Of a stretch of DNA of 64,000 nt, positions 50,088 to 62,345 are shown in pieces; within the stretch, counting starts at the first letter, position 1, and the number at the start of each line of letters is the position of its first letter. The stretch is from Mobula birostris (lineage: Eukaryota). Made by a program: the position numbers and the translations under genes. The stretch lies in assembly GCF_030028105.1 (NCBI RefSeq), contig NC_092380.1, positions 102,787,899 through 102,851,898 of the forward strand, in the 5' to 3' direction. Under the pieces are notes generated by a model. It was not told the origin of the DNA and did not search any database. It saw only the letters and a list, made by a program, of their open reading frames with translations.

Positions 50088-52868
50088 TGGAAGACAACAT
50101 TGTTAAATACAAGGTCATCCAAATTGGAAGATAATATCCTTAATGTGAACTTTGAACTTTTAATAGGGAACAGGCACAGAAGGGAAGTTGAGACCAGCAT
50201 AGACCAGTCATGATCAGGTTGAATGGTGGTACAAGCTTGAGAGGCTGGTGGACCACTCCTGTAGCTTTCATTGTGCCTTTGAAATGTTAGTCACTAGCTG
50301 CCTGCTGTGAAGTTAACAAGGTTCCACAGCCTCTCCTGTGTCTGCAAAACAAAATGCAGGCAGATTGTAATTGAATGGATTCAGAATGGAGATCATTCAA
50401 TGTCATACTTCGCCACACAGGAACTAAGATTTTAAAACTGCAAGAGTCCCCTTTTTTCAAACAAAAGCTGTTGTGAGCGATTAAGTAGAAAAAACAATGC
50501 AGGAAAAATTTGATCATCTGATACATGTGGATTGTTGCGGCTGTATTGGTAGATTTTCTAAATTAAAGATCAACTTTATTTGCCGTATATATTTATATGC
50601 ATAGCTATTCACTGTGATATGTTGATGTGACATGCAACTGAAAACAACATTCAACAGTTATAAAGAATAAAGATATATAGAAAAATAAAGTTAGAGGTTA
50701 AAGTGCCAATATAGAATAAAATGTGCATAAACACTTAAGTGCCGGTATGTATTTATAATGGTATTTATGTATGTCTGTACATTTTATTCCATATCTGTAC
50801 TTTAATGGATGCCGTTCATATATCATGTGCCACATTGACGTGGGTGATCATGGTCTTTCCATGACATAATTGTTCTTGACAAATTTTTCTGCAGAAGTGA
50901 TTTGCCATTATGTTCTTCTGGGCAGTGCCTTTACAAGACAGGTGACCCCAGCCATTATCAATACTCTTCAGAGATTGTCTGTCTAGTGTCAGTGGTTGTA
51001 TAACCAGGACTCGTGATGTGCACCATCTGCTCACATGACCATCCTCCACCTGCTCCCATGGCTTCATGTGACCCTAATCGGAGGGTGGTCGGGGGGGCGG
51101 GGGGGTGCAGTGCTACGGAGGTGCATTACACCTTGCCTAAGGGTGACCTGCAGACTAGTGGAGAGAAGGGGCACCTTACACCTGCTTTGGTAGAGACATA
51201 TCTCCACCCTGCCTCCACTCTCCACTCTCTCCGTGGCCATGTGTTCTGCACCCAACACATCAGCTGTATTTATTAAAAACTGTTTCTTTTGAGGCTTTTA
51301 CCAATCATCTTTATTTTTTGAAAGTAAAAGTGAAGATTCTGGAAATGTGAAATAAAAATAAGATGCTAGAAATATCTGGCAGGTCAGTCAGCATACACTG
51401 AAGGAGAAACAGGGTTCTAATGTTTAAGGGGCTTGAAATATTAACAGTTTTGCTTTTCCAGATGCTGACTATGTTGCTGAGATTTGACCACACTTTTTGT
51501 TTGCTTCCCTCCATTCTACAGCCACTTCTTGTCATTGACCTCCTCACCAACGGGAGCACTGTCAATTCCACTGGTGATTTCACATACATCTATGAGATCT
51601 TGCAGCCACTTCTGCTCCAAGGACATCAACCCCATGTTCAGTCTATCCAGCATAACTAAAGCCTCTTGTCTCTGGAGCGACTTCAGGAAATCTCTTCCGC
51701 AACTCCTTCAACACCTGTTTCCTCTTTCAAAATAACTCTAAATGTGAACAAACTAGTGTTTAATAAAGGTTTCTAATGACTCCCCAGCCCTTGAAATCAA
51801 TACCTCTATTTACATAGCCCGGGAAGCTGTATGCCGTATGAAACATTTTCTTGTCCCGGCCTGCCACTTTAGATCATAAACCATAAGACCTGGGAGCAGA
51901 ATTAAGCCATTCAGCCCATCGAGTCTGCTCTGCCATTCCATCATGGTTGGTTTGTTATTCCTCTCAACACCATTCTCTTGCCTTCTTCCTGTAACCTTTG
52001 ACAATTTTACCAATCAAAAATCTATCAATCTCTGTCAATCGACCTCCACTTTATATCCAATGACTTGCCTCCACAGATTCAGCACACACTGGCTAAATAA
52101 ATTCCAACTCATCTCTGTTCTATAGTGACATCCTTGTACTCTGAGGCTGTTACCTCTAGTTCCAGACTCACCCACTATTAGAAACATTTTCTCCATGCCA
52201 TTCAATCTAGACTTTTCGATATTCATTCGGTTTCAATGATATTTCCCCCCCCCCATTCTTCTAATCTCCAGAGAGTACAGGCCCAGAGCCATAAAACACT
52301 TCCTCATTACTCAGGACATGCCCTCTTTTCATTGCTACCGTCATGGAGGAGGTACAGGAGCCTGAAGATACACACTCAACGTTTCAGCAATCGCTTCTTC
52401 CCCCTTACAATCAGATTTCTGAATGGAACACGAACCCATCTACAGTACCTTAATTTTTCGCTCTCCTTTTGCACTACTTATTTAATTTAATTAAATATAT
52501 ATTTATTTATTTATATAAAAAATGCAATTTCTAGATTTTTCATCATGTATTGCAATATACTGCTGTCGCAGAACAACAAATTTCACAACACATGCTAGTG
52601 CTATTAAACTGATTCTGGTTCCTTCTACAATAACCCTTTCATTCCTGGGATAATACAACCAGCAATGCACATGGAGAATTTTACAATGTGGTTTACAGTG
52701 CTGAGTTCTTTGATGCTGTTCCATATTACTACATTTGATATCTGTATATTGCTGCACTTTATGTTCTGACCCCAGGATAGGATGTAGCTCTGGGTGCAAT
52801 TTGTTGTTTATGGATTTTCAATAAGAGAAAGTCTTTCTGCACTGATTGTTGATATACCTTTTCCGCAG

Positions 52869-53021
52869 TTATCCAGTTTGGATTTGTTACGCTGTTTGTG
52901 GCATCCTTCCCACTTGCCCCATTGTTTGCACTGCTGAACAATGTCATTGAAATCCGGCTGGACGCTAAAAAGTTTATCTCTGAACTCCGAAGACCCAACG
53001 CGGCAAGATCAAAGGACATCG
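52869..53021 (+). CDS. ANO1: ANO1 exon (153 nt), TM7-TM8: (I)[50 protein letters not shown]
   Basis: cgcag|TT ATC...ATC G|gttag. Carries the EIRLD Ca2+ ligands. Phase 1-1. Confidence 0.98.
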
Positions 53022-56000
53022 GTTAGTAAATCTTAACTATCGCTAACTATCTGCAAGGCTGAGTTTATGATTTGACTTGTGAACAATATCTATGTGCATT
53101 TATCAGTAACTGCTGAAGAAAGACCTTCCTCACAACATATTGTTAATGCTGAAAGGTGATGCAACCAGGTTCAACGACAAATGGTATTGTTACCGCCCCC
53201 CCCCCCCACTCCGCCCTCTGACTCTTCTTCTTCTCACTTGCCAATTACTTCCCCCTGGAGTCCCCTCCTCCTTCCCTTTCTCCTATTGTCCACTCTCCTC
53301 TCCTATCAGATTTGTTCTCCTCCTGCACCTGGTTTCACCTATCACCTTCCAGCTAGCCTCCTTCCCCTGCCCCCACCTTTTTATTCAGGCATCTTCCCAT
53401 ATCCTTTCCTGTCCTGAAGGAGGGTCTCAGCCCAAAATGTCGGCTCCCTGACCGGCTGAATTCCTCCGACATTTTGTAGGTGTTGCAGTGGTCATTTTTT
53501 TTTTTATTTACTTAGAGATACGGCACTGTAACAGGCTCTTCTGGGCTAATAAGCCCACACCACCCGATTAAACCCACGTGACCAATTAACCTGCTAGCTT
53601 GTACATCTTTGGAATGTGGGAGGAAACCAGAGCACCCGGAGGAAACCCATGTTGTCACAGGGAGGATGTATAAGCTCCTCATAGATAGCGTTGGAATTGA
53701 GCAGAGGTTGCTGGCGCTGTAGAGGTGTCATGCTAGCCACTACACTAGCGTGTCATCCTGTATTGTGTGATTACTTAATGCAAGATCTTGCAAAGTTCTG
53801 GAATAAACACAAGAGGAGTGGAACTACGTAAAGGTCTGGTGTGAAGGAACAATTGGTCATTTCATTCTGAGATCCACGTAGAAGGCCAAGTTCACAAATG
53901 AACGAGCCACTGCCATATATTCTCCAACTAAAGTATTACCTCCACAAAAATCCTGATTCCATTAGCAACCCTAGAAATATGCCTAGTAATTTCACCCATT
54001 TTAAAATTGTTAATTGATTGTGATGCCACTGGTAAGCCTTTTGTATATTGTCCAGTTTTGAATGGGCCCCTGAGTGAGGGGTAGTTAAGACCATAAGACA
54101 TAGAAGCAGAATTAGGCCACATGGACTACTGATTCCATCATCTCATTTATTAACCCTTTCAACCCTTTCTCCTGCCTTCTCCCTATAACATTTGATGCCC
54201 TTACTAATCAAGAACCTATCAATGTCCACTTTAAATATACCCAATGCCTTGGCCTCCACAGCTGTCTGTGGCAATGAATCCAACAGATTCACTACCATCT
54301 CGCTAAAGAAATTCTTCCTCATCTCTGTATCTGTTTTAAAGGGATATCCTTCTATTCTGAGTCTGTGCCCTCAGGTCCTGCACTCTCCCACTATTGGAAC
54401 ATCTTCTCCATATCCACTCTATATCAGCATTTCAATATCTGAATAGGTTTCAATTCCAGTGAGTACAGGCCCAGAGATAATAAGTGCTGCTCGTACATTA
54501 CCCCTTTCATTCCCAGGATCATTCCTGTGAGCCACCTCAGGATCCTTTCCAATGCCACATACCCTTCCTTAGATAAGCAGCCCCAAACTACTCATAATAC
54601 TTAAGAGACCATCAGTTTGAATATCTAGAGTAGCATATGAGCTAGGCTGGGTAAAGGTGGCAGATTTCCATCTCTTAAGGGGATTGGTTGACTGGATGGA
54701 TTTTTACAATAGTTCAGTAGCTTTTGTATTCACTATTACTAATACTAGCATCAATGCATTGGACTGAAGGGCCTGCTTCCATACTGTATAAAATTACAAA
54801 TCTAAAATATTGTCGCAAAAACAAATCCTGAAGTCATGGAGCTATTGACATTGATCCTATTCTATTTTTCTTGAGATAAACAATGCCAAAACTTAAGACA
54901 ATTTGGCTTCAAACCATTTTGTTGCATCACAAGCAATGAGTTAATACATTTGAAATAAGCATAGCTGTTTGTGCTTTAGTAGTATCCGTAAGTCATGGAA
55001 ACTGGTTACTAACCTAATTCCCAGATTGTATTGTCTGGGACATAACAGTCATCAAGTTTACTGGCATTGTATATATGCACCATATGTTGGGGTGTTCCAG
55101 AAATAGATATTATTCAAAAACTGGTCAACAAAACATTAACTCTTGTATGCCACAGAGTAATTTTCTTAAATTGGCAGCAATACTGATCCAGTTTATTTAG
55201 TTTTGAGACAAGTGGAAGTGCTCACATGATTAAAGTTTGCTGCAGGCCTGAAGATGGAAATCTAATGAGAGGGCAGAAAAATGGAGCGGTTCCTAAATTA
55301 ATTTGATTGCGGTATTGTGGAATAATTGGCATCCAGCCATTTATCATGGTCAAGGGAAAAACATGGCTGCTGTTTGGCCGGAGAACGTGGGAACTGGAGT
55401 TAAACGTGCACTTCAAGTCCGCTGCAGCGCACACTTCAGTCAGGGTTTATCTGCATCTTACTGTACCTCCACCTGCTGTTTCTCCATAACAATCACTAGC
55501 TTAACAAAAAGCCATCAGTCTCCATTTTGAAAACTTCAAATGATCAAGTCTCAATTTATTTTTTTTTTAGGCTGATTTCAGATTTCCACCCGACTCTGTG
55601 CCAAGATGTATTGTATTTTGTGATGTTGTTCATTTTGAACATTTCGCACACAAGGAATTGAATTTTATTTATGGCATCAGACACTCAGCTCTCACCTGTG
55701 ACTCCAGGTCACTGTTTGCATGTGACAGCGGCCACACCCTGGTCTCCCGCTTTGACAGGGGGACTAAACCAGGTGATGGTAACTGGTGGCATTATACCCC
55801 AGTGAGATAGGGACACGCCTGTCCCAGCATGCGAAGTCGGGTCTGGCGGACTGGGCAGATGAGATTTACAGTGAGATCCAATGGCTAGGAAGGTGGTACT
55901 GCAACACTCAGTGAAGGGCATGACAAGGCACAGAGAACATCATGATCATCCACTGCAGCCAAGGAAGACCTCACTTTTTGACACTTGTTTGGACCTGGAC

Positions 56001-56436
56001 TCCTGAGGTCGAGAGAGTAGAACTGCCCCAGTGAAACTTTAAAAACTCTCCTGCTTAGGTTTTCATTGGACATGGTGGACAACCACCACTACATCAAATC
56101 TTTAAACTGTTGTGATCACTTCTTAATTTTCCGTAATGATTGGGACTGTGGGCTTGTTCTAGGTAGGCTATTAATGTGTTTTAGCACAGCATGATCTGGT
56201 GAGTCTCTGCTGCAGTTCCTCAAGCCCAATATGCTTGAGGTACTCAGAATGCAAAGTCTTTTAAAGAAGGCTAGGCCTGAGGGTGGTATAATGTCATTGT
56301 CCAACGTCACAGGAAAAGGCCCTTCAGCTCATTAAACCCAGGCTGACCATCCACACCAATCCTGCACACCTAGCTCTGCATTTGCATCAGCTCACCCCTC
56401 CCAGATTGTGCCATTCACCCACACACCAGGAGCAAT

Positions 56437-57472
56437 TGTTACGTACCCCATAACTGGGTTGCCAAACCAGCAGAAATGGACCACTTAGATGTCCTGACAA
56501 AGGGTCTCGACCTGAAACGTCGACTGCACCTCTTCCTACAGATGCTGCTTGGCCTGCTGCATTCACCAGCAACTTTGATGTGTGCCACTTAGTTGGAGTC
56601 TGGATTACTGGAACTAAAAAAGTTTTATTAAAGAAATAAGCAACACAGTACTCTTATCACAAGGATAATAAATGCAACAGTTCAGCAACGATAAAACACA
56701 CATGTACACAGAACTAGGATAATAGGATCAATCAAGCTCTATCGCAGTCTAGGGGTAAATGACCAGTTTCAAGTGACGCAAAGTTCAGTTCAATTGAGTT
56801 CAGTTCAGTTCGCAGTAATCACTGTTGTGCCGTTGGGCGGGGAAAAGGAGAGAGAGTGAAAGCGAATGAATATTCAAAACGGATTCCACACAGACCTTCG
56901 ATATTCCTCGCAGTTAGCTTTCAGGCGAGTCCTTGGTAATGTCTTCTAAGGTCACCGACTGTGACCCCTCCGTTCCAGATACGATCGTTCTTCTGCGGTG
57001 AACCCAGCACCCAGGCAAGGGTGGACACACACACCAGGTTCCCACCAATCCGTACCTTTCTACCCTGTGCGTCTATGGCTGGTCCCGCGACCAGACCTCC
57101 AACAACCCCCACCAACTAGTGGGGGGGGGCACACCGCTTTCAGGGTCTCGTGTCTCGTTACCTCGTGGAGTCGTGTGTGTTGTCTTAGCGAACCTGCCCC
57201 TTTTTATCCCCCTGCTGGGGTATCGCCTGTCCATCACACTTCAAACAGTTCAGGGTTCAAAAGGAGCCGGTCTTGACAATACTCAGACCGGTGTCTCCTT
57301 CCGTTAAACTCTCTCGTCTCTTCATTAACATTTCCAAATGCTGCTCCATTGTCTTACTTATCTCTCTCTCTCCTGAAGGCAGGTGGCAGATCAACTGTTG
57401 ATCCCACTGGTGCTAGCACAGGACAGTTAACATCTTAGTCTATGTGTACTTTTGTAACCATCTTTCGTCACA
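56437..57472 (-). mobile_element. Solo LTR (probably Gypsy) inserted in a V-SINE
   Basis: TGTTACG...CGTCACA termini and a 4-bp TSD caat (56433-56436, 57473-57476). The AATAAA lies on the minus strand near 56625. Confidence 0.85.
56489..56584 (+). mobile_element. 96-bp Penelope 3'-end insertion starting at the hammerhead motif
   Basis: 8-bp TSD ccacttag (56481-56488, 56585-56592). Contains gtcctgacaaagggtctcgacctgaaacgtcgac. Confidence 0.85.
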
Positions 57473-58904
57473 CAATTTACAATGGCCACTTGACCTACTA
57501 CCCTGTCAGCCTTTGTGATGGGGAAGGAAAATAGAGCACTGGAGGAAAGCCACACGGCCAAGAAGGCCAGACATTGGAGCAGAATAAGGCCATTCAAACT
57601 TCAAAAAGTTCAAAGTACATTTATTATTGAAAGTACATATACCATATGCAGCCTTGAGAGTCATCTTCTTGCAGGCAGCTGCAGAATAAAGAAACACAAT
57701 AAAATCCACAAAAAAACAGCACATATTCAGCTAAACATACAATGTGCGGGAAAGAAAAAAAAATTGTATAAATACTTTTTTTTAAACAAAAGCAAACTAT
57801 CAATCCACAGAACATGAACCACAGAGTCCCTGAAAGTAAGGCCACAGCCATTATTCCATTATGGCTGATTTATTATCCCTTTCAACCCCATTCTCCTGCC
57901 TTCCCCCATAACTTTTTGTGCCCTTTACTAATCAAAAGCCTAATAATCTCTACTTTAAATATACTCAATGACTTGGTCTCCACAGCTATCTGGGACAAAT
58001 TCCTCCTCATCTCTGTTCTAAAGGGACATCCTTCTAATTTGAGGCTGTGCCCGCCAGTCCATTATAAGAAACAACCTCTCCATGTTCACAGTATCTAGGC
58101 CTTTCTAATCTATACTTATTGAATCTATACTTATTCAATAAGTATAGATTCAGGAAGAACGATCAAATTCCGCACAGTGGTGAAGATCAGTTGAGATCTC
58201 TGGAACTGAGAGACAGCACATCTGCTGGATGCCACCACTGTTGTGACACACCTATTACTCTTTGTACTCCAACTCCCCATGAGATGGCCAACCTTCCCCC
58301 GACCTTGTTACATTGGTTCTTTTCATCCCAGTAGCTAACCGTGAGCAGAGCTGATCAAACCCATGAGAATCTAGACTTTCTGAATCCAAAAATGTGAGCA
58401 CACAATTCAGTTTTTGTAATATCAGGACTATAACAAACTCACATTTATCATCCTAACTTTCAACTTTGAATTATATTAGGAGCACCCTTGCCAACCTTTT
58501 CCATTTCATTGAATGCAAGTATGAAAGCTTCAATTGGACAGCTGTTTTAGCGATGCTCCTGCCTCATCCTGTCCGTGGAGTTGAGTATTGCCTACAGACT
58601 AGAGTTGGTGGAGGACACATTGGGATCTCATATAAATGGTCCACTGTAACAGTAAAGAAATGTAATTGTCAAAGCAGAGCAGGAGGTCAGTTTGACCAAC
58701 CCTCCCTCCAGGTAACTCCTGACAGCTGGGAGAGCAACTCTGTTAACGCTGTTTTTTTCCCCAGAGTCCTGGAAATAATTCCCTCTTGGATATCTGCTTT
58801 TTACTCTATTGAAAGCCCTACTTGTTTCTGTTCCCATTATTTCTGCAGATCATGAATTCTAATAACGGTTTGAAATAAACTTTCCCTTGTGTTTTTTCAT
58901 AGAG

Positions 58905-59215
58905 ACATAGAAAAGCTACGGCGCAATACAGGCCCTTTGGCCCACAAAGCTGTGCTGAACATGTCCTTACCTTAGAACTACCTAGGCTTCCCCATAGCCC
59001 TCTATTTTTCTAAGCACCCTGTAGCCATCCAGGAGTCTCTTAAAAGACCCTATCGTTTCCGGCTCCACCATCGCCGCCAGCAGCCCATTCCACGCACTCA
59101 CCACTCTCTGCGTAAAAAAACTTACCCTTGACATCTCCTTTGTACCTGCTTCCAAGCACCTTAAAACTATTCCTCTCGTGCTAGCCATCTCAGCCCTGGG
59201 AAAAAGCCTCTGACT
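58905..59215 (-). mobile_element. CR1 LINE 3' end
   Basis: FFTQRVVSAWNGL...VE.ETIGSFKRLLDGY motif. Confidence 0.85.
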
Positions 59216-60689
59216 ATCTTTTTGGTTTAAGGATTGCAAGTCTGTGTCCCTTAATCATGGAACCATCAGTTAAAGGAAACTGACTCCTGCTTATAAACAT
59301 ATAATGATTTTGTATGCCCCCATCACATCTTCCCATTAATCTTCACCTTCCATTTCACCCGCCTTGCTCCTTCTGTTTCTCTCTTCTTCCCTCCTGTCTC
59401 CATGTATCCTCCACCTACCATTATCTCCTAACTCTACCTGCCCTTCTCCCCACTGCACGAACCCCGCTACCTGGCGCCACCTGCTATCGCCTTTCACCCT
59501 TCCTCAACTTAAGCTTTTATCTCACTGTCGCCCCTCTCCACTTTATACTAGCCATCTCCCTTCTTTGCTTTCAATGTAGGGTTTTAACCGGAAACTTTGA
59601 CAGCTCCTTCCAAGTCCTGCCCCACAGATACTGCTTGATCTGCTGAGTTCCTCTAGCAGATTGTTACTGCAGATTCCAGCATCTGTAGTTTCTTGTGCTG
59701 TCTGATTGGCCTGCTTTGCTTCAAGGAGATCAAACTGGCTCCTCCCCCATATAACCTAATATTTGAAATCAATCGTCCCTGGAACCACGCTTGTAAATGG
59801 CCTTATCCTCTGCACCTTTTCTAGGATGACTGCATCCATCCTAACGTTAGCTGATTGGATTTGGCACATCTTGGAAACCTGCACAGTTCTCTAAGCCTTA
59901 GTGGTGATGGAATAACCTGATTTTATTGCATCACCTGCTATGATTTTGCAATAAGAATGGACTTGGGCTTTTTAAAAGTAACTTTAGAGATATAGCATGG
60001 TAGATGATCATGGTCCCATGACCATAATTGTTCTTGGCAAGTTTTTCTACAAAAGTGCTTTGCTATTACCTTCTTCTGGGCAGTGTCTTAATAAGAAAGG
60101 CGACCCCAGCCATTATCAATACTCTTCAGAGATTGTCTGCCCTGGTGTCAGTGGTTGCATAACCAGGACTTGTGATAAGTACCAGCTGCTCATATGACCA
60201 TCCACCACCTGCTTTCATGGCTTCACATGACCCTGATTTTGTGGGGGGGTGGTTGTTAAGCAGGTGCTACACCTTGCCCAAGGGTGACCTGCAGGCTAGT
60301 GGAGGAAAGAAGCACCTTACCCCTCCTTTGGTAGAGCCGTACCCCCAGCCTGCCACCTGAATTCAGCATGGTAACCACAAGGCACCTGATGATGATGATG
60401 ATGATGACGATAACATGGTAACACACTCTTCTGGTCCAGTGAGCTGGCGCTGCCCAATTACACCCACGTGACTAACCTGTACATCTTTGGAATGTGGGAG
60501 GAAACCAGAGCACAGGAGGAATCCATACAGTCACGCAGAGAACATACTATTTCCTTACAAACAACGGCAGAATTGAACCCAGGTCACTGCCACTATAATA
60601 GTGTTACACTCACTGCACAACCACCATGCCATCTCATTTATTATAATGTGTAAGTGAGGTTCTACATATTGTCATATACTTCTGCTCAA

Positions 60690-61050
60690 ATTGCTACGTT
60701 CCAGTGCCAGAGATGGGTGGAGGGCACGATGTGAGCCTATAGGGAATGGTGTAGAGATTTTGCTGGCTGCTCGCTCTGCATTAACTACTCCCTCCTTGGC
60801 ATTATGGAGGGCTGCAAAGAAAAGAGCCATCAGGACCATCACAGAGGCTGCTGAGCGAGCCTCCGGATGGCTATGGATCAAGAGGTGTGACCTGTGGAAC
60901 AGTGTTACTGGGACATGATCCGGGGACTGATCAACCCTGGCTGGGTCGCCTGGGCAAGGGAGTCTGATGTTGGATGGCCCGAAACACCCGACGACCCCAG
61001 GTTACATCACTGATGATGTGTCCCAGTGCATCCTACAATGTATCTCAGCA
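60690..61050 (+). mobile_element. HERO-like RLE retrotransposon 3' end
   Basis: GWRARCEPI...AIRTITEAAERASGWLWIKR followed by a structured 3' UTR. Confidence 0.82.
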
Positions 61051-61515
61051 TCATTTCTCCAGACTTCAGCATCTGCAGTCTCTTGCATTGCACTCTCACT
61101 AACCTGCTTACTTCCCTGCCGTACTGTACATGTCTGCTCTGCTAGCAAGTCCGTAGATGCGCTGGAATCAATAAAATTAATGAATATAGTGGCAGAGGTA
61201 CCCAGAGATTGCCAAATCCTGGAATCATCACGGGCACTAGCTGCCGTAGTATCCAGGACATCTTCAAGGAGCATTGCCTCAAAAAGGTGGCATCCATCAT
61301 TAATGACCCCATCGCCCAGGACATGCTTTGTTCTCATTGCTACCATCAGGAAGGAAGTACAGAGCGTGAAGGCACACACTCAGCAATTCAGGGACAGCTT
61401 CTTCCCCTCTGCCATCTGATTTCTGAATGGACATGGAACCCATGAACACTACCTCACTAATTTTTTTTATTTTTATGTTTGCACTACTTATTTAATTCAA
61501 CTATTTAATATATAT

Positions 61516-61957
61516 TAAATAGTGGCATGGACATTGACTTCTCAAACTTCCGCTAATGCCCCACCTCCCCCTCATACCCCATCCGTTATTTTTTTTATTT
61601 TTATACACACATTCTTTTTCTCTCTCTCCTTTTTCTCCCTCTGTCCCTCTCACTATACCCCTTGCCCATCCTCTGGGCTTTCCCCCCTCCCCCTTTTCTT
61701 TCTCCCTAGGCCTCCTGTCCCATGATCCTCTCATATCCCTTCTGCCAGTCAACTGTCCAACTCCTGGCTCCATCCCTCCCCCTCCCACTTTCAAATCTCT
61801 TACTAGCTCTTCTTTCAGTTAGTCCTGATGAAGGGTCTCAGCCCGAAACATCAACTGTACCTCTTCCTAGAGATGATGCCGGGCCCGCTGCGTTCACCAG
61901 CAACTTTTATGTGTGTTGCTTGAAATTCCAGCATCTGCAGATTTCCTCGTGTTTGCA
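61516..61957 (+). mobile_element. Penelope-like 3' end inserted in a Rex1 tail
   Basis: 14-bp TSD tatttaatatatat (61502-61515, 61958-61971). ORF end SGMDIDFSNFR*, pyrimidine-rich UTR, hammerhead motif. Confidence 0.88.
61821..61857 (+). ncRNA. Minimal hammerhead ribozyme motif, CpG-decayed
   Basis: AGTC-CTGATGA-A-GGGT(CTCA)GCCC-GAAA-CATC-AACTG. Stem II intact; stems I and III carry G>A changes. Confidence 0.65.
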
Positions 61958-62292
61958 TATTTAATATATATGTTTACTTTAATTCATGTTGTTTTGTTAT
62001 TATTTATAACATTGTACTGCTGCCACAAAGACAGCAAATTTCACAATATATGCTGGTGATATTAAACCTGATTCCAATTCTAATTTTGAATTCTTCAGTG
62101 GTTTAAAGGCTAAACAAGCAATTAAACTGAGTTACTTCTGAATGTGTGAATAACTGAAGAATTCAGTCTGGGTTGGATTTGTCATTTTGAACCAGGAACT
62201 GAGCCTGTCCAACATATGGGAATAGCCTAGAGCTAGTCTGACAATAGTCAGAATGGTCCAAAATGGAGTAACCATTCTCCTGTTGTTTTTAG

Positions 62293-62345
62293 GTATCTGG
62301 TACAACATTCTCAGAGGCATTGGGAAGTTGGCAGTCATCATTAAT
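62293..62345 (+). CDS. ANO1: ANO1 exon (53 nt): (G)IWYNILRGIGKLAVIIN
   Basis: tttag|GT ATC...AAT|gtaag. Same as recalled mammalian ANO1. The gene continues beyond both window edges. Confidence 0.97.

Noticed and set aside
60960-60990. Hammerhead ribozyme in the HERO 3' UTR (CTGATGTT...CGAAAC)
   Set aside because: It lacks A9 (CUGAUGU) and has no properly placed stem I or NUH triplet. Kept only as a structured UTR.
1914-62345. Assignment to ANO2/TMEM16B or a scramblase paralog
   Set aside because: The segment-d exon, DHPR.EYEARVL, LTWRDR.PAYLTN and IWYNILRGIGKLAVIIN match recalled ANO1 rather than ANO2. A phylogeny would confirm.
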